Origin: Flavobacteriaceae bacterium
GTDB lineage: Bacteria > Bacteroidota > Bacteroidia > Flavobacteriales > Flavobacteriaceae
Assembly (NCBI GenBank): GCA_002713705.1
Contig: PAUJ01000003.1
Span: 30,677-62,785 of the forward strand
Length of the DNA: 32,109 nucleotides
Reading direction: 5' to 3'
Shown: positions 1-9,185 of the stretch, piece after piece
How the letters are laid out: the number at the start of each line of letters is the position of its first letter
Position numbering within the stretch: the first letter of the stretch is position 1
Notes under the pieces: model-generated
The model's input: only the letters and a program-made list of their open reading frames with translations
Told to the model about the DNA's origin: nothing
Database searches by the model: none
Program-made: the position numbers and the translations under genes

Positions 1-746
1 ACTGCCTCACTGATAATTCTAGGATGTGATTTTAACATCCTACCTGTTATTGCGGAACCCGTAAATGTAACGACATCTTGTGATTGAACTTCATCTAATA
101 TACTTCTTGCTGAACCAGAAATTAGCTGCAATGACCCTTCTGGTAAAATATTCGATGCTATAATTTCTCTAACTACAGCTTCCGTTAAAAAGGAAGTATT
201 TGTCGCTGGCTTAACTACAGCTGGAACACCTGCCATCCAGTTTACTGCACATTTCTCTAACATTCCCCAAACAGGAAAATTATAGGCATTAATATGTATT
301 GCAACACCTCTTTTGGGAACTAATATATGATGAGCCATAAATCGGCCTCCTTTAGACAAATCAATAGGTTCTCCTTCTATATGATAAGACTGATTAGGAA
401 ATAATTTTCGTAAAGAAGCGTTGGCAAATAAATTACCAAAACCTCCTTCTATATCAATCCAACTATCAACTTTTGTAGCTCCAGTACGGTAGCTAAGGTC
501 ATAAAAATAGTGCTTCTTTTTAATAAGATAAAAAGCCAATTTTTTAAGCATATTACCACGCTCTTGAAAAGTCATTTTTCGTAAAACATCTCCTTTTAGC
601 CTTCCATAATGCAGTACTTCAGAAAGGTCAAAACCTTTAGTATTAGATAAGGCCACAATTTCACCAGTAACAGCATCGACCATTGGAACACCTTCACCTG
701 AACCATAAACCCATTGTCCATTAATATAGCTTTCTAGTTTTTTCAT
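1..746 (-). CDS. paaZ: Bifunctional oxepin-CoA hydrolase/aldehyde dehydrogenase PaaZ, N-terminal ALDH part (runs off the left edge)
   Basis: Absent from the ORF track; translated by hand from ATG at 746: MKKLESYINGQWVYGSGEG...DSWIDIEGG...VAIHINAYNFPVWGMLEK...PAVVKPAT...VVTFTGSA. Open to the window edge, ALDH motifs present, starts 4 nt after the paaJ stop. Confidence 0.93.
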   Translation of the reverse strand, partial: MKKLESYINGQWVYGSGEGVPMVDAVTGEIVALSNTKGFDLSEVLHYGRLKGDVLRKMTFQERGNMLKKLAFYLIKKKHYFYDLSYRTGATKVDSWIDIEGGFGNLFANASLRKLFPNQSYHIEGEPIDLSKGGRFMAHHILVPKRGVAIHINAYNFPVWGMLEKCAVNWMAGVPAVVKPATNTSFLTEAVVREIIASNILPEGSLQLISGSARSILDEVQSQDVVTFTGSAITGRMLKSHPRIISEA

Positions 747-750
747 GACT

Positions 751-1965
751 TTAATTTAAGTTTACATTTTCAATAATTGCAGCATATCCTTGCCCTACGC
801 CGATACACATGGTGATCAATGCGTACTTTTTATTTTGCTCTTTTAATTCTAAGGCTGCAGAATAGGTTATTCTTGCTCCAGTTACTCCTAAGGGGTGTCC
901 GATAGCAATAGAACCTCCGTTTGGATTTAATCGAGGATCGTCATCAGCTAAACCCCAAGCTCTAGTGCATGCCAAAACTTGTGCTGCGAAAGCCTCATTT
1001 AATTCTATTACATCCATATCGTTTATGGTTAATCCTGCTTTTTTCAATGCTTTATTAGAAGCCTCTACGGGACCAATTCCCATTATGCGAGGTTCTACAC
1101 CAATGACTGCAGAACTAACAATTCGTGCAATGGGTTTTAAATTGTATTTTTTTACGGCTTTCTCAGAAGCTATAATAGTTGCAGCAGCACCGTCATTTAA
1201 CCCTGAAGAATTACCTGCAGTAACACTTCCTCCTTCTTTTTTAAAAGCAGGTCTAAGTTTCCCTAAAACCGCTAAAGATGTCATAGGCTTAACAAATTCA
1301 TCTTTAGAAAATTGAATTGGCTCTTTTTTACGTTGTGGAATTTTAACAGTAATTATTTCTTTTGCCAAACGTCCATTTTCTTGAGCTTTTGTTGCTTTCA
1401 TTTGACTCCAATAAGAGAACTTATCTTGATCCTCGCGAGATATATTATACTTTTCTACTAAATTTTCAGCAGTATTTCCCATACCGTCAACACCATAAAG
1501 CTCTTTCATTTTTGGGTTTATAAAACGCCACCCAAAAGTAGAATCATACATTTTAGAATCTCCTCCAAAACCTGTTGATGGCTTTGCGATTACATAGGGC
1601 CCACGAGTCATATTCTCAACTCCTCCTGAAATAAATAAATCCCCATCACCGGCTTTTATAGCTCTATTTGCATGAATAATTGCTGACAATCCTGAACTAC
1701 AAAGTCTGTTGACCGTTTCTCCTGGAACGGTAAAAGGCAAGCCTGCTAATAAGGATGACATACGTGCAACATTTCGATTGTCTTCACCTGCTTGATTTGC
1801 ACAGCCCATGATGACATCATCATAGGCTTCTTTTGGAATATTAGAGTTACGCTTTACAATCTCTGAAATAACCAAAGCTCCCAAATCATCGGTACGAATA
1901 GTTGATAATGTTCCTTTATAATTTCCAATAGGTGTTCTTATTCCGTCTATGATATATGCTTCCAT
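751..1965 (-). CDS. paaJ: 3-oxoadipyl-CoA/3-oxo-5,6-dehydrosuberyl-CoA thiolase (PaaJ/PcaF)
   Basis: Thiolase motifs NRLCSSG, NEAF, GHPLG and MCIGVGQG; CANQAGEDNRNVARM is typical of PcaF/PaaJ; paa context. Confidence 0.93.
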   Translation of the reverse strand: MEAYIIDGIRTPIGNYKGTLSTIRTDDLGALVISEIVKRNSNIPKEAYDDVIMGCANQAGEDNRNVARMSSLLAGLPFTVPGETVNRLCSSGLSAIIHANRAIKAGDGDLFISGGVENMTRGPYVIAKPSTGFGGDSKMYDSTFGWRFINPKMKELYGVDGMGNTAENLVEKYNISREDQDKFSYWSQMKATKAQENGRLAKEIITVKIPQRKKEPIQFSKDEFVKPMTSLAVLGKLRPAFKKEGGSVTAGNSSGLNDGAAATIIASEKAVKKYNLKPIARIVSSAVIGVEPRIMGIGPVEASNKALKKAGLTINDMDVIELNEAFAAQVLACTRAWGLADDDPRLNPNGGSIAIGHPLGVTGARITYSAALELKEQNKKYALITMCIGVGQGYAAIIENVNLN

Positions 1966-2135
1966 TTTTATTCTTAATTGCGGATTAACCGATTTTTGAA
2001 GTGCTACTCTCTTTTAAAAAACTATTCTTATAAGTTCTATTTTATGTGTTAAATTTATCTTTGAGACTAAGGATTTAATGTTGTTAAAATAAACTTTACA
2101 CTTCTTAATCCTCAAATCACAAATCGTTAATCATT

Positions 2136-2543
2136 TTATTTTTTCCAATCTTTCTCTGTTCTATAAACCACTCCTTTAAAAAGAGCTACTAATTCATTTC
2201 CACGTTTTATTTCAACTATATTAAATCCAACTTTATTTTTCTGAAGATCCAATGTAACTTCAGCTGTAATGTAGTCCCCTATTTCTAAAGCTTCTATATG
2301 ATTAATAGATGTTTCGATAGAAACCGCATACTTCCCATGTGTATTTGCTGCAAAGCCAAAAGCGGTGTCCGCTAAAGCATAGGTTATAGCACCATGAGCT
2401 TTATCCATGCTATTCAACATTTCTTTAAGAATTGTCATTCCTAGTTTACAACTTCCAATCTCACAGTCTAATATTTTGACGCCTAACGATTGACTGTAAG
2501 CATCTTGACTTAACATCTTGTAGGGTATTAACTCTCCTTTCAT
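2136..2543 (-). CDS. paaI: Hotdog-fold acyl-CoA thioesterase PaaI
   Basis: 135 aa; AHGAITYALADTAFGFAAN is a PaaI-type motif; its start overlaps the paaH stop (TAATG). Confidence 0.88.
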   Translation of the reverse strand: MKGELIPYKMLSQDAYSQSLGVKILDCEIGSCKLGMTILKEMLNSMDKAHGAITYALADTAFGFAANTHGKYAVSIETSINHIEALEIGDYITAEVTLDLQKNKVGFNIVEIKRGNELVALFKGVVYRTEKDWKK

Positions 2544-3712
2544 TAAAAAAAAGTTTTATTTTCTCGATTCATTTTCCGAAGCAATGGAGAACAACGATAG
2601 CGGTCTTCATGATATTCGTTGTATAAATTATCCATGTTATCTACACACCAATTTATTCCTTTTTCATCTGCCCAAGCCAATAAGCCTTTTGGGTAGTTTA
2701 CTCCGTTTGTCATTGCGGTATCTATATCTTCGGCTGAAGCTATGTTTAAAAATAATGCATCTGCTGCTTCATTGATTAGCATAACTAAAACCCTATCAAA
2801 TATTTGCTGAGACAATCCTCTATTTTGAGGTGTTTTAATTTCTTTTGAAATGACACGTTTGCTATTTTCATCATATTCATAGTAACCAACTCCAGATTTA
2901 CGTCCTAAATAGCCTGCTTCTAAAAAACGTTTTTGTGTAAATGAGGGCTTGTATCTTGAATCGAAATAGAAAGCCTTAAACACCGTTTCTGTAACTGTAT
3001 AATTAATATCATTGCCTATAAAATCCATTAATTCAAATGGACCCATTCGAAAACCACCTAATGTCTTTAAACTATAATCTATGGTTTCAAAATCTGCTAT
3101 ACCTTCTTCGTAAATACGCAAAGCTTCACCGTAAAATGGTCTAGCAACTCTGTTGACTATAAAACCAGGTGTGTCTTTAGTAACTGCTACTGTTTTTTTC
3201 CAACTAGTTATCGTATCTATTGTTTTTTCAAGCACTTCATATGATGTTTGAATAGCAGGAATAACCTCAACCAAATTCATTAATGGTGCTGGATTAAAAA
3301 AGTGAATTCCAACACAACGTTTAGGGTTTTTTAATGATGCAGCTATAGATGCTATTGATAAACTTGAGGTATTTGATGCAATAATACATTCTTCACTAAC
3401 ATAATTTTCTAACTCTAAAAACACTTTTTGCTTAATGTCAAGATTTTCAATAATGGCCTCAATGGTCAAATTAGAATCACTTAATTCTTTTAAAGAACCA
3501 ACATAATTAATATTGTTCTGAATTCGGGTCTTCTCATTAGTATCGATGCGACCTTTTTCAATTAAACGATTTAATATTTTTTCAAGGGAAGCTTTGGCTT
3601 TATCCAAAGCTATTTGATTGGTGTCGTATAAATTTACGATACAACCTGCAGTAGCAGCTACCTGCGCTATTCCACTTCCCATCGTACCACCTCCTATAAT
3701 TCCAACTGTCAT
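2543..3712 (-). CDS. paaH: 3-hydroxyacyl-CoA (3-hydroxyadipyl-CoA) dehydrogenase PaaH
   Basis: GGGTMGSGIA Rossmann motif, SNTSSLSI, HFFNPAP, GFIVNR and MGPFELMD, plus a second C-terminal dimerisation domain; paa context. Confidence 0.9.
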   Translation of the reverse strand: MTVGIIGGGTMGSGIAQVAATAGCIVNLYDTNQIALDKAKASLEKILNRLIEKGRIDTNEKTRIQNNINYVGSLKELSDSNLTIEAIIENLDIKQKVFLELENYVSEECIIASNTSSLSIASIAASLKNPKRCVGIHFFNPAPLMNLVEVIPAIQTSYEVLEKTIDTITSWKKTVAVTKDTPGFIVNRVARPFYGEALRIYEEGIADFETIDYSLKTLGGFRMGPFELMDFIGNDINYTVTETVFKAFYFDSRYKPSFTQKRFLEAGYLGRKSGVGYYEYDENSKRVISKEIKTPQNRGLSQQIFDRVLVMLINEAADALFLNIASAEDIDTAMTNGVNYPKGLLAWADEKGINWCVDNMDNLYNEYHEDRYRCSPLLRKMNRENKTFF

Positions 3713-3721
3713 ACTATATAT

Positions 3722-4657
3722 TTAAAACGGTAAATTATTTAAATCTACATTACCACCGGAAATGATAATACCGATATTTTTATTTTTAAAATTATTTTTT
3801 TCTTTTAGTAATGCTGCAAAAGCAACGGCACTTGAAGGCTCCACTACTATTTTCATTCGTTCCCATATCAATTTCATCGCATTGATAATTTCATCTTCAC
3901 TAACTCGTATAATAGTTTTGACATGTGCTAATATGATCGGAAAATTTCGATCCCCCAAAAATGTTCTTAGACCATCTGCGATGGTATTGGAATTATCATT
4001 AAATACTATTTTCCCACTTTTTAAAGATCGATAAGCATCGTCCACATTTTCTGGCTCTGCACCTATTACCTCACACTTATCTGAAAAATAGTTAGCAGAT
4101 AAAGCAGTTCCTGCCAATAAACCTCCTCCTCCAACTGGAGTAAAAATAACCTCTAAATCGGGATAATCTTCTAATAATTCTTTGGCCGAAGTTCCTTGAC
4201 CTAAAATTACTTGATCATCGTTTGAAGGGTGTATAAAGGTAGCATTCTTTTCTATTCTAATTTTTTCAGCTGCTGCTTCGCGAGCTTTTAAATTAGACTC
4301 ACATTCTATTATTTCACCTTTATAATTTTTAACAGCATCTTTTTTTACTTGTGGTGCATTTTTAGGCATTACTATATATGCTTTAACATTCATTTTAGTT
4401 GCTGCTAATGATAAAGCTTGAGCAAAATTTCCAGACGAATGTGTTACCACTCCACAATTACGCTGTTCCTCTGATAGACTTAAAATTGCATTTGCTGCAC
4501 CTCGCATTTTAAAAGCTCCCATTTTTTGAAAATTCTCGCATTTAAAAAACACCTTACAACCTGTAATTTCATTTATCAACTCAGAACTAAGTACAGGTGT
4601 GCGATGAATGTATGGTTTCACTTTATCATGGACTTGTATCAAGGTTTCTTTATTCAT
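3722..4657 (-). CDS. PLP-dependent serine racemase/threonine dehydratase-family enzyme (fold type II), substrate unknown
   Basis: KCENFQKMGAFKMRG (PLP Lys50), THSSGNF, PVGGGGL, EPSSA and ISGGN motifs; no ACT domain; its start overlaps the paaG stop. Confidence 0.88.
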   Translation of the reverse strand: MNKETLIQVHDKVKPYIHRTPVLSSELINEITGCKVFFKCENFQKMGAFKMRGAANAILSLSEEQRNCGVVTHSSGNFAQALSLAATKMNVKAYIVMPKNAPQVKKDAVKNYKGEIIECESNLKAREAAAEKIRIEKNATFIHPSNDDQVILGQGTSAKELLEDYPDLEVIFTPVGGGGLLAGTALSANYFSDKCEVIGAEPENVDDAYRSLKSGKIVFNDNSNTIADGLRTFLGDRNFPIILAHVKTIIRVSEDEIINAMKLIWERMKIVVEPSSAVAFAALLKEKNNFKNKNIGIIISGGNVDLNNLPF

Positions 4658-5439
4658 TATTTTCCTTTGAAAATTGGCTTTCTCTTTTCCATAAAAGCAT
4701 TAACTCCTTCTGTATAATCTTCAGATAGAGCAGCTTCAATTTGTAATTTTCCTTCTAATTCTAATTGTTGCTCTAAGGTATTTGTATTTGATTTATTTAA
4801 TAATTCTTTAATAAGCCCTAAAGCTTTGGTCGGCATATTTGCTAATTTAACAGCTAGTTTTTCAACTTCTCCATTAAAACTTTCGGATGAAATCACTTTA
4901 AAAATCATTCCCAATTCTTCCGCTTCTTCAGCCGTCACTTTATCTCCTAACATCATTAAAGCAGTGGCTTTCTGAAAACCAATTAATCTTGGTAAAAAAA
5001 AAGTCCCACCACTATCTGGTATCAATCCTATTTTACTAAATGCTTGGATAAAACTAGCTTTATTTGACGCTACAACCAAATCACAAGACAAAGCAATATT
5101 TGCTCCTGCTCCTGCTGCTACACCATTTACAGCTGCTATAATAGGTTTATGAATAGATCTAATTCTAGTGATAATGGGATTGTAATGTTCTTCTAATATT
5201 TTTTTAAAACCAGGATTTAATTCTGAACTAGTAACTTCCTTTAAATCTTGACCAGCACAAAACGCCTTTCCGTTTCCGGTAATAACAATAGATCTAACCT
5301 CATTATTATATTCACAGTCATCCAATATACTTTGAAGTAACAATGCCATTTCTCGGTTGAAACTATTAAATACATCAGGTCTGTTAAGTGTTATATAAGC
5401 AACTTGATTTTCTATTTTTATAAGAATACTATTGTTCAT
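4657..5439 (-). CDS. paaG: Enoyl-CoA hydratase/isomerase-family protein, probably PaaG (epoxyphenylacetyl-CoA isomerase)
   Basis: Crotonase motifs AFCAGQDL and VAAGAGAN; IGLIPDSGG retains the PaaG-type Asp; lies directly after paaD. Confidence 0.85.
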   Translation of the reverse strand: MNNSILIKIENQVAYITLNRPDVFNSFNREMALLLQSILDDCEYNNEVRSIVITGNGKAFCAGQDLKEVTSSELNPGFKKILEEHYNPIITRIRSIHKPIIAAVNGVAAGAGANIALSCDLVVASNKASFIQAFSKIGLIPDSGGTFFLPRLIGFQKATALMMLGDKVTAEEAEELGMIFKVISSESFNGEVEKLAVKLANMPTKALGLIKELLNKSNTNTLEQQLELEGKLQIEAALSEDYTEGVNAFMEKRKPIFKGK

Positions 5440-5453
5440 TTATCAATATTAAG

Positions 5454-5951
5454 TTAAAGACATTTAAAATAGTCGAATGGCTCTTGACAATCTTCACACT
5501 TAAATAAAGCTTTGCAAGCAGTTGATCCAAATTGACTTACTAATTTTGTGTTTTGTGAACGGCAATTGGTACACTTGATCAATCGTTTTCCATTTAATAA
5601 TACCTCTTTATCAGCGTCAGCTTCTAAGGGTGCAGCTATACCATAATCTTCTAATGCTTTTCTTCCTATTGGTGTAATCCAATCGGTCGTCCAAGCTGGG
5701 TGAAGGATTAAATCTATTTTGGAATCATAGCTAGCATTTTTTAATGCTTTTTCAATATCATCTCCTATAACATCCATTGCAGGACAACCACTATAAGTTG
5801 GTGTGATTTCAACTTCTACAATACCATTTATGATTAATGCAGAACGCACAACTCCCATATCCATAATAGACAATACAGGGATTTCTGGATCAGAAACCTG
5901 TTCTAGTATTGGAATTAAAATTGGGTCGATATGTTGTTGCGTTTTATTCAT
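5454..5951 (-). CDS. paaD: Phenylacetyl-CoA epoxidase maturation subunit PaaD
   Basis: DPEIPVLSI, ITPTYSGCPAM, AWTTDW and C-terminal Cys cluster CTNC...FGSTACKALFKCEDCQEPFDYFK. Confidence 0.93.
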   Translation of the reverse strand: MNKTQQHIDPILIPILEQVSDPEIPVLSIMDMGVVRSALIINGIVEVEITPTYSGCPAMDVIGDDIEKALKNASYDSKIDLILHPAWTTDWITPIGRKALEDYGIAAPLEADADKEVLLNGKRLIKCTNCRSQNTKLVSQFGSTACKALFKCEDCQEPFDYFKCL

Positions 5952-5952
5952 C

Positions 5953-6705
5953 TTACCATTCCATATTCGGATAGGTGCGTTGCATGTATTGTAAATCAGT
6001 TAATAAATATCCTAAATGCTCCGTATGAATTCCTTCTTTACCTCCTTTTTGAAACCATTTAGAATCGGGAATTTGGAGTGTTGCTTCTTCTAAAAGATCC
6101 TTAACTCTTTTGTAGTAGTTGTCTTTAAGTTTTGTAACATCTACTCCTACACATTCTAAAACCATCGCTTTGTCAGCTTTTGTTTGATGAAATAATTCAT
6201 CAGTATAGGTCCATAAATCATTGATGGCTTCTTGTATCTTTTCTTTACTTTCTGCTGTACCATCACCTAATCGCTTCACCCAATCAGATGAAAATCGCTC
6301 GTGATAACTCACTTCTTTGATGCATTTATTAGCAATAGCCGATAGTGTTAAATCTGTACTTTTTTGCAATTCAGCTAAAAAGGCTAAATGATAAACATCA
6401 AATAAAAACTGACGCCCAATAGTATGTGCAAAATTTAAATTTGGTTGTTCTACTAATAATACATTTTTATAGTCGCGTTCTTTGCGAAGCATTGCGATAT
6501 CATCTTCGGTTCTATCATCTCCTGCAATTTTCACAGCGTATTGAAAATAACTTCGTACTTGCCCCAATAAATCCAATGATATATTAGTACAAGCAATATC
6601 TGTTTCCAAACTTGGTCCATGACCACAGAGTTCTCCCATACGTTGTCCTAGAATTAGACTGTTGTCTGCGATACCAAGAATATAGTTATATAGATTCTCT
6701 TTCAT
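5953..6705 (-). CDS. paaC: Phenylacetyl-CoA epoxidase structural subunit PaaC
   Basis: ADNSLILGQR, NISLDLLGQ, KEVSYH, GIHTEHLGYLL. Confidence 0.94.
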   Translation of the reverse strand: MKENLYNYILGIADNSLILGQRMGELCGHGPSLETDIACTNISLDLLGQVRSYFQYAVKIAGDDRTEDDIAMLRKERDYKNVLLVEQPNLNFAHTIGRQFLFDVYHLAFLAELQKSTDLTLSAIANKCIKEVSYHERFSSDWVKRLGDGTAESKEKIQEAINDLWTYTDELFHQTKADKAMVLECVGVDVTKLKDNYYKRVKDLLEEATLQIPDSKWFQKGGKEGIHTEHLGYLLTDLQYMQRTYPNMEW

Positions 6706-6992
6706 TACATGTGTTTTACTTCGTCTGGTAAATCGTAAAAGGTTGGATGGCGGTATACTTTATCTTGAGCAGGCTCAAATAATTCACCATTATTATCAGG
6801 GTTTGAAGCTGTTATGTGTTTAGATTCTATAACCCAAATACTTACACCTTCATTTCGTCTCGTATAAACATCACGCGCATTCTCTAGAGCCATCTCTGCA
6901 TCTGCTGCATGAAGACTTCCAAAATGACGATGTTCTAACCCGTTTTTACTTCTGACAAAAATTTCCCAAATTGGCCAATTTTTTTTTGACAT
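6705..6992 (-). CDS. paaB: Phenylacetyl-CoA epoxidase subunit PaaB
   Basis: WEIFVRSKNGLEHRHFGSLHA, ARDVYTRRNEGVSIWV, YRHPTFY. Confidence 0.95.
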   Translation of the reverse strand: MSKKNWPIWEIFVRSKNGLEHRHFGSLHAADAEMALENARDVYTRRNEGVSIWVIESKHITASNPDNNGELFEPAQDKVYRHPTFYDLPDEVKHM

Positions 6993-7004
6993 GACTATCT
7001 GTTT

Positions 7005-7961
7005 TTATACAACTTGTTTTTCTTTTCTTTCTTGTTTCTTTTCAGCATAGGCCATAGCCGCATCACGAACCCATTCGCCTTCTTCCCATGCTCCTACTCG
7101 AGCTCTCATTCGCTCTTTATTGCAAGGCCCATGACCTTTTACAACCTGCCAAAACTCTTCCCAATTAATTTTACCATAGTCGTAACTACCACGTTCATCA
7201 TTCCATTTTAAGTCTGGATCAGGAATTGTTAGCCCAATCAATTCGGCTTGAGGAACAGTTTGATCTATAAATTGCTGACGTAAATCATCATTAGATTTAC
7301 GTTTTAATTTCCATTTCATAGATTGTTCTGTATGAATAGATTCTGCATCCGTTGGACCTAACATCATAAGGCTTGGCCACCACCAGCGATTCAGAGCATC
7401 TTGAGCTAAATCCTTTTGTTCCATTGTTCCATTTGCCAATTTCATCATAATTTCATATCCTTGACGTTGGTGAAAACTTTCTTCCTTGCATACACGAACC
7501 ATAGCTCTTGCATAGGGTCCGTACGATGTACTGCAGAGCGGAACTTGATTAATTATAGCGGCACCATCTACTAACCAGCCTATTGCACCCATATCTGCCC
7601 AAGTTACCGTTGGATAATTGAAAATACTCGAATATTTTGCTGCACCCGTATGAAGTTGGTTATATAATTCTTCTCTTGAAATACCTAAAGTTTCCGTTGC
7701 AGAATATAAATACAATCCATGCCCAGCTTCGTCTTGAACCTTTGCTAATAATGCTACTTTTCTTCTTAAAGAAGGAGCCCTAGTAATCCAATTGCTTTCT
7801 GGAAGCATTCCTACAATTTCAGAATGCGCATGTTGAGACATTTGTCTAATATGTGTCTTGCGATACTTTTCTGGCATCCAGTCTTTTGGTTCAATTTTTT
7901 CGTCACGAGCAATGCGTGCTTCAAATTGAGTTTCTAAATTTTTTATTTGTTCTTTACTCAT
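7005..7961 (-). CDS. paaA: Phenylacetyl-CoA epoxidase catalytic di-iron subunit PaaA
   Basis: [26 protein letters not shown] and KEESFHQ (ExxH ligands). Confidence 0.96.
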   Translation of the reverse strand: MSKEQIKNLETQFEARIARDEKIEPKDWMPEKYRKTHIRQMSQHAHSEIVGMLPESNWITRAPSLRRKVALLAKVQDEAGHGLYLYSATETLGISREELYNQLHTGAAKYSSIFNYPTVTWADMGAIGWLVDGAAIINQVPLCSTSYGPYARAMVRVCKEESFHQRQGYEIMMKLANGTMEQKDLAQDALNRWWWPSLMMLGPTDAESIHTEQSMKWKLKRKSNDDLRQQFIDQTVPQAELIGLTIPDPDLKWNDERGSYDYGKINWEEFWQVVKGHGPCNKERMRARVGAWEEGEWVRDAAMAYAEKKQERKEKQVV

Positions 7962-8048
7962 TTTTTTATGTTTTTGCCTTTTGGCTATTAACCTTTAGCG
8001 AGTTGAACTTCAATTTTTATTTTCAATATAAACCTATTGGATTTATGA

Positions 8049-9119
8049 CTAAACATCAAAATCTACTATTACTTTTTTAGTTGTTGGAACAGCTTGACAA
8101 CTTAACACATATTGTTGTGCAACTTCCTTTTCATCTAAGGCATAATTCACTTTCATGAACACCTCTCCTTCAACTACTCGACATTTACATGTACTGCAAA
8201 CTCCACCTTTACAAGCGAATGGTAAATCTGAACCTGCATTTAAAGCGGCATCCAGAATATTTCCGTCTCCTTTAGGCATACCAAAATGAAATTCTTTACC
8301 TCCATCTATAATGGTAATTTCAACTTGATCTCTTTCTGATATTTCAGTGTTTTTAGTTTCCTTGACATTTTCTTTTGAAAGACCTGTTACAAATAACTCA
8401 AAATGAATCTTTTCTGAGGCCATTCCTGCTTTTATCAATTCATCTTTTACTAAAAAAATCATTTCTTCAGGGCCACAAAGAAAGCATTCATCTAAACTTG
8501 AAACATCTACTAATTTATCAAAAATTATTTCTAATTTTTCTTTTGAAAACCGCCCATTAAACAATTCTACATCTCTGTATTCTTTAGTTAAAAAATAAAA
8601 CAACTCAATCCTTCCGAAATATTGATTTCTAAGTTGTTCTATTTCTTCTTTAAAAATAATAGATTTAACAGTACGGTTCAAATAAAATAATTTGAAGGTA
8701 CTATTAGGTTCCATTTCTAAATGAGTTTTCAATATCGAAAGTATAGGGGTAATACCACTACCCGCTGTAAAAAAAATATAATTTTTTGGTGTCTCAGAAG
8801 TTGCAATGCCAAACCTACCCATCGGTTTCATTACTTTTAAAACATCACCTTTTTTTAGAGTTTCGTTTACAAAAGTTGAAAATTTACCATCAGGTATTTT
8901 CTTAACTGCTACTTTCCATTCATGATCCAAAGGACTAGAACATAAACTATAAGAACGCCTAATATCCTCATCATCTATCGTGTCTCTTAAGGTTAAATAT
9001 TGGCCTGGCTTAAACTTAAATGTTTTTTTTAAATCCTCCGGTACATTAAACGCTATGACCGAACAATCGTCAGTATCTTTATAAATATCTTTTACTTCAA
9101 GGGAATGAAATTTAGCCAC
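8049..9119 (-). CDS. paaE: Phenylacetyl-CoA epoxidase FAD/[2Fe-2S] reductase PaaE
   Basis: RSYS, AGSGITP, CGP, FELF and C-terminal CKGGVCSTC...C ferredoxin motifs. Start moved from the track's 9146 to GTG at 9119 (MAKFHSL...), because the longer start falls inside the operator palindrome. Confidence 0.92.
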   Translation of the reverse strand: MAKFHSLEVKDIYKDTDDCSVIAFNVPEDLKKTFKFKPGQYLTLRDTIDDEDIRRSYSLCSSPLDHEWKVAVKKIPDGKFSTFVNETLKKGDVLKVMKPMGRFGIATSETPKNYIFFTAGSGITPILSILKTHLEMEPNSTFKLFYLNRTVKSIIFKEEIEQLRNQYFGRIELFYFLTKEYRDVELFNGRFSKEKLEIIFDKLVDVSSLDECFLCGPEEMIFLVKDELIKAGMASEKIHFELFVTGLSKENVKETKNTEISERDQVEITIIDGGKEFHFGMPKGDGNILDAALNAGSDLPFACKGGVCSTCKCRVVEGEVFMKVNYALDEKEVAQQYVLSCQAVPTTKKVIVDFDV

Positions 9120-9137
9120 AATTATAATATTTATTTC

Positions 9138-9155
9138 AACTAACAATCGTTAGTT
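9138..9155. promoter_or_regulatory. Palindromic operator candidate for the TetR (PaaR-like) repressor
   Basis: Perfect inverted repeat AACTAAC-AATC-GTTAGTT, 7 nt downstream of the paaE -7 promoter element. Confidence 0.75.
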
Positions 9156-9162
9156 TACGTTA

Positions 9163-9170
9163 CAAAGATA
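9163..9170 (-). promoter_or_regulatory. Bacteroidota sigma-A -7 element for the paa operon
   Basis: TATCTTTG on the minus strand, 43 nt upstream of the paaE GTG; no clear -33 element. Confidence 0.65.
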
Positions 9171-9185
9171 CTAAATATTTACTAT

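Noticed and set aside
2117-2130. AATCGTTAA as a second PaaR operator
   Set aside because: It matches only the right half of the 9138-9155 palindrome and lies in low-complexity GATT repeats just after the paaI stop, not at a supported promoter.
7962-8048. Degenerate GC(T/C)AAA(A)GG-like repeats between paaE and paaA
   Set aside because: Only two or three poor copies with no spacer structure or stable stem; not a CRISPR array or a definable element.
9120-9146. Track start for paaE at 9146 (MLVEINIII...)
   Set aside because: It lies within the operator palindrome and adds an implausible hydrophobic stub; GTG at 9119 gives a normal N terminus.
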